Below the pieces are notes generated by a model that saw nothing but the letters and a program-made list of their open reading frames with translations, searched no databases and was not told the origin of the DNA. This document shows positions 31,594 to 41,328 of a stretch of DNA of 64,000 bases, piece by piece. The translations under genes were made by a program, and so were the position numbers. How positions within the stretch are numbered: the first letter of the stretch is position 1; the number at the start of each line of letters is the position of its first letter. Origin of the DNA: an archaeon (GTDB lineage Archaea > EX4484-52 > WAPT01); contig JAPDKB010000008.1 of NCBI GenBank assembly GCA_029258795.1, positions 2,955 through 66,954 on the forward strand. Reading direction: 5' to 3'.

Positions 31594-32858
31594 GTTATTT
31601 TACAGCATACTCCATAGACAAATATAGTTCCCGAATCTGGACCACAATACACATTGCAACCTTTCTTATCAACCTTAGGCACTATACCTTTTAACCACCC
31701 GTCATTAAAATAACAATAGCCACCGCAACTGACAATAGTTTCATCATTTTTACAAAGAACTTTCCTACACTCTTTACTTCCCGTACAATAATCGCTAACA
31801 CTTCTACACTGTAAAGAGCAAGATGAAGCACCTCCAGAAGGCCAACTTGATCTGCAGTCACCTCCTATGCAGAGCTGCGAGCCTTTGACGTAGCCCGAAA
31901 CTTGTAAGTCGTCAGCTACATAGAGCGTAGAATCTTCAGGATCTCTCAAAGTGTTTGCTTCTATGATGTTCGCATCTAAAATGTCGTTGTCCCGCATGTT
32001 TAGATCTCCTGTCATAGAATCTCCAGCAGTGTTTACAAATCTCGAATCGCAATCGGAGCAGGATGAAATTCCACCACCACTCGGCCATCTTGACCTGCAA
32101 TCACTTCCTATGCAGAGCTGCGAGCATCTACCAGGAGTATCACACCTCGTATCCCGATCAGTTCCACATTTAACATTACCGTAAGAGTCAGTGTAAAGTT
32201 TGTTGCAGTTCTTCTTGTTTATTATTTTGATGTCATTGGCTCGTAAACTGTCTGAGATAATAACCCATGAATCTTCGGGGTCTCTTATTATGTTTGCTTC
32301 CACCATATTGGCGTCTAGTAAGTTGTGATCCTGCATATTTAAATCTCCTGTCAGGGAATCTCCGCTTCTGTTCACAAATACTGAGGAACAATCTGAACAG
32401 CTAGAGATCCCACCTGATCCTGCGTTATCCACTCCACAAATCCATTTATCTCCGCTCCATTTGAGCACCTGCCCATCAGAACAGGAGGTTAAACCCGTTC
32501 CTCCTTTGGATGGTTGGAGGGTCCCTAAAAGATCATTCAGGTTATGGGTGTGGGTTGCAGAAGCGAAAGCACTGGCATCCTTTCCGTCAAGCTTGTCGGC
32601 ATTCAGAGCGTAATCAGCCTGAGAGGCGTTTGCAACCTTTCCCTCTATCAAACTGGCGTTTATTTTTCCAGTTGTAGTTGCTAAAGGTATGTATTGTGTT
32701 CCTATTTTCGCATAAATTTCATCTAATGTGTGATACGCCCCGGTCGTGACAGCTGCAAGTGAGTTATCTGAGATGTTTAAAATTGTGATCAAAACCAAAA
32801 GTCCTGCCAAGATAAATGCGTGTTTTCTCTCAATTCTAATCGTTACGTGTATCTCCAT
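31584..32858 (-). CDS. Exported Cys/Gly/Ser-rich repeat protein (adhesin or tail-fibre-like)
   Basis: N-terminal TM; NADKLDGKD; duplicated GGISSCSDC..FVN..GDS.TGDLNM..LDAN..RDPEDS and SQLCIG.DCRS.WPSGG modules. Confidence 0.7.
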   Translation of the reverse strand: MEIHVTIRIERKHAFILAGLLVLITILNISDNSLAAVTTGAYHTLDEIYAKIGTQYIPLATTTGKINASLIEGKVANASQADYALNADKLDGKDASAFASATHTHNLNDLLGTLQPSKGGTGLTSCSDGQVLKWSGDKWICGVDNAGSGGISSCSDCSSVFVNRSGDSLTGDLNMQDHNLLDANMVEANIIRDPEDSWVIISDSLRANDIKIINKKNCNKLYTDSYGNVKCGTDRDTRCDTPGRCSQLCIGSDCRSRWPSGGGISSCSDCDSRFVNTAGDSMTGDLNMRDNDILDANIIEANTLRDPEDSTLYVADDLQVSGYVKGSQLCIGGDCRSSWPSGGASSCSLQCRSVSDYCTGSKECRKVLCKNDETIVSCGGYCYFNDGWLKGIVPKVDKKGCNVYCGPDSGTIFVYGVCCKITCS

Positions 32859-32918
32859 ACGCTTTTATTTTGTCCAAACCGCTATATATAAATTTTCGAA
32901 AGCAAGAAAGGGGTTATT

Positions 32919-33938
32919 ATGAACCTCGAACTCGTCTGGTTCGATTCCTTCGGAGCAAAGTCCTCCTGCGTTCTTGTTAAAACTAAAGACGTCTCCATTC
33001 TAATCGATCCCGGCGTTGCGATCATGCACCGGAGCTTTCCTGCAAGCTTACCCCAAAAGCTCATGTGGGTGGAGAAGGGCTGGCATGAGGTGGAGAAGGC
33101 AGCGAGAAAAGCTGATGTGGTTGTAGTGACTCATTACCATTACGATCATCACAGCCCAGACAGAATGAAGATTTATGGTGGCAAGCTTCTTCTTACCAAA
33201 GACCCGAACCGCTACATAAATGATTCGCAGCGCGGTAGAGCTATGAAATTTTTCGAAAACCTGTGGAGGTATTTTGGAGATGAAGAGCTAAAGCCCGGAA
33301 GTCACCAGAAAAACGAGGAGTTCAGTAAAGCTGATGCACTGGATGTTGTGCCAACAGGCAAGATGAATGAAAAGCAGAAGAAGTGGTTTGAGGCAAGAGT
33401 GAAAAAGTGGAAGGGTTACAGAAAGATTGAGGAGGCTGAGTTTGATGACCTCAAAATAAGATTTGCTGACAGCGTTGAACTTACCTTTGGAAAAACGAAG
33501 CTGAGAACGATTGGTCCGCTCTTCCACGGTGTGGAATGCTCGCGTGTGGGCTGGGTTTTCATGGTTGTGGTGGAAGAGGGGAGCAAAAAGCTCCTTTACA
33601 CCTCCGACCTTTGCGGACCGATAATTGAGAAGTATGCTGAGGTGATGGTCAAGGAAAAGCCAACATATCTTGTGGTGGATGGTCCCAATACCTACATGCT
33701 TGGCTACTTGCTGAGCAACGAGAATCTTGAGAGAGCAATTCGTAACGTGTGCAGAATCGTGAAGAAGGTTGATTTCGAGCTCTTCATCTGGGATCACCAC
33801 CTGCCAAGGGAGCCGAATTTCAGGCATCATACATCTGAAGTGTGGGAGCTTGCAAGAAAGCTGAAGAAGGATGTGATGACAGCGCGCGAATACAAAGAGG
33901 GGAAGCCAGCTGTGGTGGAGGAACTCGTTAAGGAATGA
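32919..33938 (+). CDS. Metallo-beta-lactamase-fold hydrolase (UPF0282-like)
   Basis: ILIDPG, THYHYDH, YTSD, DHH. Confidence 0.88.
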   Translation: MNLELVWFDSFGAKSSCVLVKTKDVSILIDPGVAIMHRSFPASLPQKLMWVEKGWHEVEKAARKADVVVVTHYHYDHHSPDRMKIYGGKLLLTKDPNRYINDSQRGRAMKFFENLWRYFGDEELKPGSHQKNEEFSKADALDVVPTGKMNEKQKKWFEARVKKWKGYRKIEEAEFDDLKIRFADSVELTFGKTKLRTIGPLFHGVECSRVGWVFMVVVEEGSKKLLYTSDLCGPIIEKYAEVMVKEKPTYLVVDGPNTYMLGYLLSNENLERAIRNVCRIVKKVDFELFIWDHHLPREPNFRHHTSEVWELARKLKKDVMTAREYKEGKPAVVEELVKE

Positions 33939-33971
33939 TTCAATTTAAAGTTTAGAATTTCTGTGTTTTTT

Positions 33972-34769
33972 ATGGTGAAACTATCTGAGCTTGTGGGGTT
34001 TCTGGATGAATATTTGGGAATTAATCGGGATTATGGTGATGCCGTTCTCAACGGGCTTGTGGTAGAAGCTTGCGATCTGGAAAAAAATGTGGAGGTTGTC
34101 TGTCTTGCGTGTGATGTGAATAAGAAGGTTATTGAGGAGGTTGCAAAGAGAAATGCAAGCCTACTCATCACTCACCACGGCATCTTTACGAAACATGATG
34201 AAGCGAAGCTTGTGGGGTTGAAGGGTAAGCTCGTCAGGATGCTGGTGAAGAATGGCATTTCTCTTTACGTTGCTCACCTGCCGCTTGACTTTCACGAAGA
34301 AATTGGAAATCATGTAGCTTTGGCAAGGGCTCTGAATTTTAGGAATTTCCGGATTGTTGAACTGAAAAAGGGTGACAAAGATTATGGGAGTGCGGTGGTT
34401 GTTGAGCTTGAAAACGGAATGAATGCTGAAGATTTTGCAAGATTTCTGGCTGAAAAGCTTGATGTCAGCATTGACTTCCAGCCTGCGGGAGGCAAAGTGA
34501 GGAATGTTGCAATAGTCACCGGCTCAAGCATGTCAATGCTGGAAGACGTGTTGAAAGCTGCTGATGTTGATTCATTTCTCTGCGGGGAGGCAAAACACGC
34601 TTATATTTACCATGCGGAGCAGCTGGGCGTCAATGTTTTTTATGCCACACATTACAGGACGGAGATTTTCGGGCTGAAGGAACTTGCAAACAAGCTGGAA
34701 AACACATTTAAAGGTTTGGGGGTAGTGTTTATTGATATTCCGCCTTCCATTAAAAGGGTGGAGAGATGA
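33972..34769 (+). CDS. Nif3-like dinuclear metal protein
   Basis: LITHHG, HLPLD, GEAKH, THYRTE. Confidence 0.92.
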   Translation: MVKLSELVGFLDEYLGINRDYGDAVLNGLVVEACDLEKNVEVVCLACDVNKKVIEEVAKRNASLLITHHGIFTKHDEAKLVGLKGKLVRMLVKNGISLYVAHLPLDFHEEIGNHVALARALNFRNFRIVELKKGDKDYGSAVVVELENGMNAEDFARFLAEKLDVSIDFQPAGGKVRNVAIVTGSSMSMLEDVLKAADVDSFLCGEAKHAYIYHAEQLGVNVFYATHYRTEIFGLKELANKLENTFKGLGVVFIDIPPSIKRVER

Positions 34770-34957
34770 TGGTAGCGAAAAACATTCCTTCCGTGTGTCT
34801 AAGCTGTGGGGGATGCGTTGGTGTGTGTCCGCAGGATGCCATAAGTTTGAAGGATATGAAGATTGTGATCGATAAGGAGAAATGCAACAACTGCGGTGCG
34901 TGTGTCAGATTCTGTCCTGTCGGAGCCATGAAGCTTGATGAAGAGCGGGGTGATTGA
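34766..34957 (+). CDS. 2x[4Fe-4S] ferredoxin
   Basis: Two CxxCxxCxxxCP motifs. Confidence 0.93.
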   Translation: MMVAKNIPSVCLSCGGCVGVCPQDAISLKDMKIVIDKEKCNNCGACVRFCPVGAMKLDEERGD

Positions 34958-36167
34958 TATCACGAGGCCAGTTAACCTGAAGGACGAGTATGATGTTGTT
35001 ATCATCGGAGCTGGTCCAGCAGGCAGTAGATGTGCAAGGCTGATAGCTGAGGAAGGGTTCAGTGTGGCTGTGTTTGAGAAAAGGGCTGAGATTGGGGCTC
35101 CAAAAAGATGTGCCGAAGGCATTGGAGTAAAAGCCCTGCAAAGAATGGGATACACGGGCAATGAGAGGTTTGTTGCGCAGCATATCGATGGCTTCTATCT
35201 TTATGCTCCCAACGGGAAGGAGTTCATGGTGGAGTATGGTTCGTCTCAGGGTTGTGTGGTTGAAAGGAAGGTGTTTGATAAGTTTCTTGCTTACGATGCC
35301 GCTAAGGCAGGAGCTTCTTTCTTCACCAGGACGGAAGTTGTTGATGTCCTGCGGGATGATGGGAAGATAAGCGGCGTCGTTATCAGATATGGTGAGGAGG
35401 AATTTGAGGTTAAAGCCAAGGTGGTTGTATCTGCGGAAGGTATTGAGGGTAAGATTGCGAGGAAAGCGGGCATAGACACGACCAACAAACTCATAAACGT
35501 TGACTCCGGCTATCAGTACGAGATGGCAAACCTTACAATGAAGGACCCAAAGAAGCTTTACTTTTACCTCGGCAATGAGATTGCTCCTCGCGGCTACATC
35601 TGGATATTTCCGAAGGGAGAGTACGTTGCAAATGTTGGTATAGGGATTGGAGGTGTGGGCGCTACAAAAAAAGCAAAGGAGTATCTGGATGCGTGGATAG
35701 AGAACCATCCAGAGATATTCGGAGAGGCGAGCATAATTGAGGAAAATGCTGGAGGCATACCTGTTGGTGGCCTGCTGGAAGATATGGTGAGGGATGGATT
35801 TGTTGTTATAGGGGATGCCGCCCATACCGTCAACCCGATTCATGGCGGGGGTATGGATGAAGGTACAAAAGCAGGAGAGATGGCTGCCAGAGTTATCTGT
35901 GAGTGCCTTGAACAGGGAGATGTTAGCCATAATGCACTTGCAAAGTTCAACAAGCTGTGGTGGAAGGAGAGAGGGGAGAAGTTGAAGAGGGTGGAGAAGC
36001 TCAGGCAGGTGATTGAGAAGCTTAGGGATGATGATCTCAACTTCCTTGCGGAGGAGCTTGATGTGCAGGATGTGATTGATTTTGCAGGCGGAAAAAATCT
36101 TACCAAACTGGCGAAGATTCTCATCAAAAGACCGAAGCTGATAAAGCTTGCGACTATCTTGAGATAA
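34935..36167 (+). CDS. Digeranylgeranylglycerophospholipid reductase (GGR family)
   Basis: GAGPAG, PKRCAEG, GYIWIFPKG, GDAA..VNPIHGGG. Confidence 0.9.
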   Translation: MMKSGVIDITRPVNLKDEYDVVIIGAGPAGSRCARLIAEEGFSVAVFEKRAEIGAPKRCAEGIGVKALQRMGYTGNERFVAQHIDGFYLYAPNGKEFMVEYGSSQGCVVERKVFDKFLAYDAAKAGASFFTRTEVVDVLRDDGKISGVVIRYGEEEFEVKAKVVVSAEGIEGKIARKAGIDTTNKLINVDSGYQYEMANLTMKDPKKLYFYLGNEIAPRGYIWIFPKGEYVANVGIGIGGVGATKKAKEYLDAWIENHPEIFGEASIIEENAGGIPVGGLLEDMVRDGFVVIGDAAHTVNPIHGGGMDEGTKAGEMAARVICECLEQGDVSHNALAKFNKLWWKERGEKLKRVEKLRQVIEKLRDDDLNFLAEELDVQDVIDFAGGKNLTKLAKILIKRPKLIKLATILR

Positions 36168-36206
36168 GGAACCACTTATAAATTTTTGTTCTGAATAGCT
36201 GTGATT

Positions 36207-36914
36207 ATGAGCAATGAGATTGAGCACATAGCCTTCATCATGGATGGTAACAGGAGATTTGCTAAGCGTTTGATGCAGAAGCCCTGGAAGGGACATGAAT
36301 GGGGGGCAAAGAAGGTCAGGGAAGTGCTCAGGTGGTGCAGAGATGCTGGAGTTAGGTATGTGACCCTTTATTCTCTCTCCATCGAAAACCTGCAGAAAAG
36401 GCCAAAGCAGGAGCTTGATATGCTGATGCGAATTTTCAAAAAGGAGTTTGAAGCTATACCTAATGATGATGAAATTCATGAGAATGAGGTTCGTATCAAT
36501 GTTATAGGCAGGGTGCACTTGCTGCCCAAAGAAGTGAGAGATGCAATAGCTAGAGCTGTTGAGGCAACGCAACACTACAACAAATACGTGGTGAACTTCG
36601 CCATAGCTTATGGTGGGAGGAGCGAGATTGTCGATGGTGTGAGGAAAGTAATGGTTGATTTTGCTTCTGGAAAGATCGGGTCGGATGAACTTGATGAAGA
36701 GAGATTCAGACATTATCTCTACACCAACGGCACGCCTGATCCTGATCTGATAATAAGAACTGGTGGGGAAAGGAGGCTTTCCGGATTCCTGCTCTGGCAG
36801 GCAGCTTATGCTGAACTTTACTTTACCAACACTCTCTGGCCGGAGTTTAGTAGGGAGGAATTTCAAGCTGCTTTAAAGGATTTTTTCCACAGAGAGAGAA
36901 GGTTCGGGAGGTGA
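36207..36914 (+). CDS. uppS: cis-prenyltransferase (UppS family)
   Basis: HIAFIMDGNRR, YGGRSEI, DLIIRTGGERRLSGFLLWQ, RRFG. Confidence 0.96.
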   Translation: MSNEIEHIAFIMDGNRRFAKRLMQKPWKGHEWGAKKVREVLRWCRDAGVRYVTLYSLSIENLQKRPKQELDMLMRIFKKEFEAIPNDDEIHENEVRINVIGRVHLLPKEVRDAIARAVEATQHYNKYVVNFAIAYGGRSEIVDGVRKVMVDFASGKIGSDELDEERFRHYLYTNGTPDPDLIIRTGGERRLSGFLLWQAAYAELYFTNTLWPEFSREEFQAALKDFFHRERRFGR

Positions 36915-36979
36915 ACAGGATTCTTATTTTGCGGTGCTGCCGGATTGTACCTAATTTTTAAGTTTTAAATTTTAATTTT

Positions 36980-36995
36980 TAGGAAATTTTTCCCA
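36980..36995. repeat. GGA-N6-TCC palindromic site
   Basis: TAGGAAATTTTTCCCA with T-rich left and A-rich right flank. Confidence 0.7.
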
Positions 36996-37065
36996 ATTAT
37001 AAAAAAATATAAGGTAACGACTCACATCCCTAGTAAGGAATTTCTATCCCTCGCTTTCGGGCTGT

Positions 37066-37449
37066 TCAGAATATCGCACTCCCTCTATAGAAGTTGTCTC
37101 TGGTCCCAAGTAAATTTCTCTTTTGGAATAGAGGTACAGCACAACTATAACACCAAATATGAATGCTGCAATGTTACCTAATAATCAAATTTGTTAGCAC
37201 ACTCAGAGAAAACAGGGCCACGGCGATTTTCCAAGCGGTTGGGTTCAGTTTTAACAGTCCGTACCAGATCACTGCACCAGCAAGCAGGAGTATTGTTGTA
37301 AGTATGATCAGTAGTCCCATCCATGGAGCATAGTAAGATATATAGCTCCATCTCTGAAGTACCACTCCTAGTCCAAGGAAGTACCACGCCAGAGAGAAGT
37401 AAAAAAGTCCAGCAAGGATTTTTACACCGAGTGGGGCTTCCCTCTTCAT
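37066..37449 (-). pseudogene. Orphan four-TM membrane protein, frameshifted near 37180
   Basis: ORF 37174..37449 continues in another frame as LGNIAAFIFGVIVVLYLYSKREIY...; strong GGAGGTGA RBS. Confidence 0.6.
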
Positions 37450-37709
37450 AGCATCACCTCCTAAACACTAACTCCTGTCTTTTTTACTTCCAGTCGTCAT
37501 CCCCGCGGACGTGCAAAGAAATCGCTCTGCCCTTCTGCCGCGGGTCACAACAATCTCTGCGATTTGAGAGAACTAAATGCCACGCTAGCGCTTCAAAAAC
37601 ATTCGTCCCCAGAAGTCAAGGAATTCTGTTGTTCTTAGAACAAATCGTGATTAAAACCAGAGAACTTAAAAAGCTTTCCGCGTTGCGTTTTTACAATTTT
37701 GGAGATTGT

Positions 37710-37964
37710 TTAAACCTTTCTTCTCAGCAGTCCCAGTCTTTCTCCTATTTCGAGCCACGCCCACGCCCAAACCACGGCTTCAAATGATCTCACATAGTCC
37801 TGTTTTTCCAGAAAATAGCGCGCATCCTTTATGTAAGCTTTGATGTTCTCCACGAAGCCCTTCTGTGAGTTATCCAGCAGCTCTATTTCGAGATTTTCAA
37901 GCTTGTTCAGCCATTTTTCCGTTTCCTGAATGAGCTGTTCTTTGATGTTGTCTTCACCCATCAT
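37710..37964 (-). CDS. DUF357 family protein
   Basis: AYIKDARYFLEK, FEAVVWAWAWLE; next to dph5. Confidence 0.85.
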   Translation of the reverse strand: MMGEDNIKEQLIQETEKWLNKLENLEIELLDNSQKGFVENIKAYIKDARYFLEKQDYVRSFEAVVWAWAWLEIGERLGLLRRKV

Positions 37965-38701
37965 TTCACCTCTATGAGCCTCAAAAACTCCTCCTCATGG
38001 TGCTCCAGCTCTGCAGGCAATATGAGGCAATGTGGCGGTTTTCCGAAATCTATACTTTTAAGTTTTGAAATCGAACCATAAAGTACGTTTTTGTCCCTGC
38101 TGCCAAGACGGGAAAGGACCACAATCTTTGTCTTCTCGTTGAAAATTCCGTTGCCTTTTTTCTCTTCCATCTTTAACAGGATGTCCAGAGCTGTCTTTAC
38201 ATCCATCCCTATATCGAGAAGAATTAAAGTGTGGAGGTTTGCTTTCAGGTTGTTGAGAATGTGGTCGTAAGGGCTGAGAGGAAAGTAATTTTCCCCCGGG
38301 AAGGGAAGGCTAACGACTCTGCCGAATTTATAAAGGGAAAGCCCGCTTTCACCAGCTGCCGTGAGGATTGAGGAGGCGTGTATCACCTCAACCTCTACGC
38401 CGGAAAGCATGCACTCCCTCACTATCTCCTTGTGTGTTGTTGCGAAGAGCGGATCGCCCGGCACGAGAAAAGCCACAACTTTGTTTTTAGCTTCTTTAAC
38501 AACCACGTTCCTCTCTTCAACATCCTCTCTCCTCAGTTCTACAATTTCCTTCCCTATCATTTTGCTCAGATTTTCAATGTTGATATTGAGCGGAGATGTG
38601 TATCTCTCAAAAAAAACGATGTCAGCTTTCTTGCATGCTTCCAGACCTCTTAAGCTCATGTCTTTCTCATCGCTAAGACCCAAACCCACAAGGTAAAGCA
38701 T
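37961..38701 (-). CDS. dph5: Diphthine synthase
   Basis: LYLVGLGL, ERYTS, GDPLFATTH, YKFGR, LHTLILLDI. Confidence 0.95.
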   Translation of the reverse strand: MLYLVGLGLSDEKDMSLRGLEACKKADIVFFERYTSPLNINIENLSKMIGKEIVELRREDVEERNVVVKEAKNKVVAFLVPGDPLFATTHKEIVRECMLSGVEVEVIHASSILTAAGESGLSLYKFGRVVSLPFPGENYFPLSPYDHILNNLKANLHTLILLDIGMDVKTALDILLKMEEKKGNGIFNEKTKIVVLSRLGSRDKNVLYGSISKLKSIDFGKPPHCLILPAELEHHEEEFLRLIEVK

Positions 38702-38753
38702 GATTTGTGTTTTTGGATAGATATTTTAAAAGGTTGTCAACCAATTTTTGTGT

Positions 38754-39140
38754 ATGGCGAGGTTTGGGAACATACTCAAAAAGCTCATCAAGATGGCAGA
38801 AACGGATGATGATGTGTTAGCGGTGCTGCTTTTCGGTAGTGTTGCCAGAGGAGAGAAAAATGGTAAAGACCTGGACATATGTCTTGTCTTTAAGAAGGAC
38901 ACGGATAAAAATAAAATATTCGAGAAAATGGTGGAATACGCTTCCATTTCCGATATTGTGGATGTTAAAGCGTTTCAGCTTCTCCCGCTTCATATGAGAA
39001 TGAGGGTGATTAGAGAAGGTAAGATTTTGCATGTTAAAAATGAGGATTTAGTGTACGATGTTGTAATATCTACACTCAGAGAGTTCGAGGAATTCAAGTT
39101 CATCTACCATTCCTATCTGGAAGGTGTGTTGAATGGATAA
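38754..39140 (+). CDS. mntA: MNT nucleotidyltransferase antitoxin
   Basis: LFGSVARG...DLD (GS-x-DxD). Confidence 0.88.
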   Translation: MARFGNILKKLIKMAETDDDVLAVLLFGSVARGEKNGKDLDICLVFKKDTDKNKIFEKMVEYASISDIVDVKAFQLLPLHMRMRVIREGKILHVKNEDLVYDVVISTLREFEEFKFIYHSYLEGVLNG

Positions 39141-39558
39141 GGAAAGGATACTCGCAAAAATAGATGAAATGGATGGATATCTGGAAGAGCTTGAAAGCAT
39201 CAGACCATCAACTTTTGAAGAATATGAGAGTAGCATCGAGAAAAAGCGCGCCTGCGAAAGACTTCTTCAGCTGGCCATAGAATGCGTTATAGATGTATGC
39301 GCGATGATCGTTAAGGAGTGCAAACTTGGATTGCCTGCTGATGAAGATGACATGTTCAGAAAGATAAGGAAAGCGGGTGTGATAAACAATGAGCTTGAGG
39401 AAAAGCTGAGAAAGATGAAGGGGTTCAGAAACATTTTGATACATCGCTACGGAGAGATAGATGATGAGCTTGTTTTTGAAAAGCTGTTCATGATTGAGGA
39501 TTTCGAGAAGTTTAAGGAAGCTGTGCTCGAATTTCTTAGAAAAGGTGAGATTGAGTGA
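39133..39558 (+). CDS. hepT: HEPN (DUF86) ribonuclease toxin
   Basis: RNILIHRY (RX4HXY); overlaps the MNT gene. Confidence 0.9.
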   Translation: MDKERILAKIDEMDGYLEELESIRPSTFEEYESSIEKKRACERLLQLAIECVIDVCAMIVKECKLGLPADEDDMFRKIRKAGVINNELEEKLRKMKGFRNILIHRYGEIDDELVFEKLFMIEDFEKFKEAVLEFLRKGEIE

Positions 39559-40445
39559 GCTCAGGCTTAAACGTTCGCAAGCTTCTCGAAGGAAAGGTAG
39601 GTGAGGATGAGTTAGAACACATACCGCGTGCTTTCGAAATAATAGGAGATATAGCCATAGTTGAGCTCGATGAAGTTGCAAGAAAGCATGCAAAGCTAAT
39701 AGCTGACGCGATAATGCAGCTAAACAAAAACGTGAAGGTCGTGCTGAACAAAGTTGAAGATGTCTCCGGCAAGTATCGTGTGCCGAGGTATGAAGTCATT
39801 GCGGCTAAGCAAAACGAAAGGAATTTCTCGCACATCAAAAAAGAGTTTCGCCCCACGAAAATAACTGAAACCGTACATACAGAACATGGATGTAAGTTCC
39901 TTCTGGATGTCAGTAAAGTGTATTTTTCCGCGCGCCTGAGTTTTGAAAGGAAAAGGATAGCTGAGATGGTGAGGGATGGCGAGAGAGTGCTCGTGATGTT
40001 TGCCGGTGTTGGTCCGTTTGCCATAGTGATAGCGAAGAATGCCAACCCTGCTGAGGTTGTTGGAGTTGAGCTGAACCCTCACGCTGTTGAATACTTCAGG
40101 AAGAACGTAGCACTAAACAAAGTTGAAGATAAGGTAAAAGTTGTGGAGGGAGATGTTGCAGAAATTGTGCCAAAACTGCAATATCAATTTGACCGTATCG
40201 TCATGCCTGCTCCGAAGGATGCTCCGGATTATCTGGAGGTTGCGCTTGAAAAGATAAAGGAGGGTGGAATGATCCATCTGTACACTTTTGCAAGCGAGGA
40301 GGAAATAGAAAGCAAGGATGTTGTGAAACGTGTGGAGGAGAGGTGCAAGAAAGCGGGTAAGAAAGCAGAGGTCGTATTCTTCAGGAAGTGTGGAGCCGTC
40401 GCTCCTTATCATTACAGAGTTGTGCTGGATTTGAAGATTGGATAA
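39555..40445 (+). CDS. trm5: Trm5/Taw2-family tRNA methyltransferase
   Basis: FEIIGDIA, KVYFSARL, MFAGVGPF, ELNP. Confidence 0.85.
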   Translation: MSSGLNVRKLLEGKVGEDELEHIPRAFEIIGDIAIVELDEVARKHAKLIADAIMQLNKNVKVVLNKVEDVSGKYRVPRYEVIAAKQNERNFSHIKKEFRPTKITETVHTEHGCKFLLDVSKVYFSARLSFERKRIAEMVRDGERVLVMFAGVGPFAIVIAKNANPAEVVGVELNPHAVEYFRKNVALNKVEDKVKVVEGDVAEIVPKLQYQFDRIVMPAPKDAPDYLEVALEKIKEGGMIHLYTFASEEEIESKDVVKRVEERCKKAGKKAEVVFFRKCGAVAPYHYRVVLDLKIG

Positions 40446-40453
40446 ATTTCCCA
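40438..40453. repeat. GGA-N6-TCC palindromic site
   Basis: TTGGATAAATTTCCCA, exact reverse complement of the site at 44258. Confidence 0.75.
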
Positions 40454-40486
40454 AAAAAATAGAAAAGAAAAATGAAAAAGATCAAA

Positions 40487-41044
40487 TCAGTGCAATGTCA
40501 CCCGTAATGTCTTTATCCGCATCGCTTTCGCCCCCTCTATCTGATCTCCGATTTCATTCCAGTCATGGATTCGTATCTTAAATTCTACATTGTTTGAAGG
40601 TTTTGTCTCTGGACCAACTATAGTAATAGTTATCTGTTCTCTCGGAACTTCGATAGCAGTATAATATATGTGGTCTGTTGGAAATCCTAAACCCTCCAAT
40701 TTTTCTAGAAATCTCTTAAATAAGGTTGGGATTCGGTAGAATTCTATGTCATTATTATCAGGATCCTCCAAATTAAAGTGGAATTTGGCTCCATTTTCCG
40801 TCTCTTCAATTTCATAGCATACAAGATTAACTCCTGACTCTGTCCAGACACACCCTTCTGGATTTTCCTCTTCTAATTTTTCTATTGCTTCAGTTAATCT
40901 CTCGACAGTTTCGTACCCTTCAAATGAATAGCTCCAGAGCACTGTTCCAAGAGCCTCGCCATACCCTAACTCTAAAATAATTTTCACAATACTTTCAAAA
41001 ATATCCAAAAGTTTACGAATCTCGCGTTCATACACCACCTTCAT
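40487..41044 (-). CDS. Orphan hypothetical protein
   Basis: GGAGGTGA RBS before ATG 41044; 185 aa, acidic. Confidence 0.7.
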   Translation of the reverse strand: MKVVYEREIRKLLDIFESIVKIILELGYGEALGTVLWSYSFEGYETVERLTEAIEKLEEENPEGCVWTESGVNLVCYEIEETENGAKFHFNLEDPDNNDIEFYRIPTLFKRFLEKLEGLGFPTDHIYYTAIEVPREQITITIVGPETKPSNNVEFKIRIHDWNEIGDQIEGAKAMRIKTLRVTLH

Positions 41045-41328
41045 AACCACATCACCTCCCAACTTTTCAAGGTGCACAGAATGGACAACTTCAGGTGCAT
41101 TAGGATAACCCAGGTCAAAGAATATCTCTGCTATATAAACGTGCTTTGCTGTTAAAGTGTGGTTCTAGGCGGGACAAACTAATGCAAACTAAGAACAAAG
41201 CTACCACTAGCACCACTAGTTATTCTGTCTCATCTAAGAACAAAGTCTGGTCAGCTCTTTGTTTGCGCAAGGAATTCTTAAACCAAAGATTTTAAATTTG
41301 TTAATAGTGGTGGCTACAGAAAGCGGCT

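Noticed and set aside
34905-36866. 653-aa minus-strand ORF
   Set aside because: Antisense shadow of the GGR and uppS genes with no motifs
38754-39558. MNT-HEPN pair as a novel system
   Set aside because: Well-known toxin-antitoxin module common in thermophilic archaea
41189-41245. CTAAGAACAAAG twice and a CCACTAG tandem as a possible mini-CRISPR
   Set aside because: Only two 12-bp copies, too short for CRISPR repeats, and no cas genes in the window
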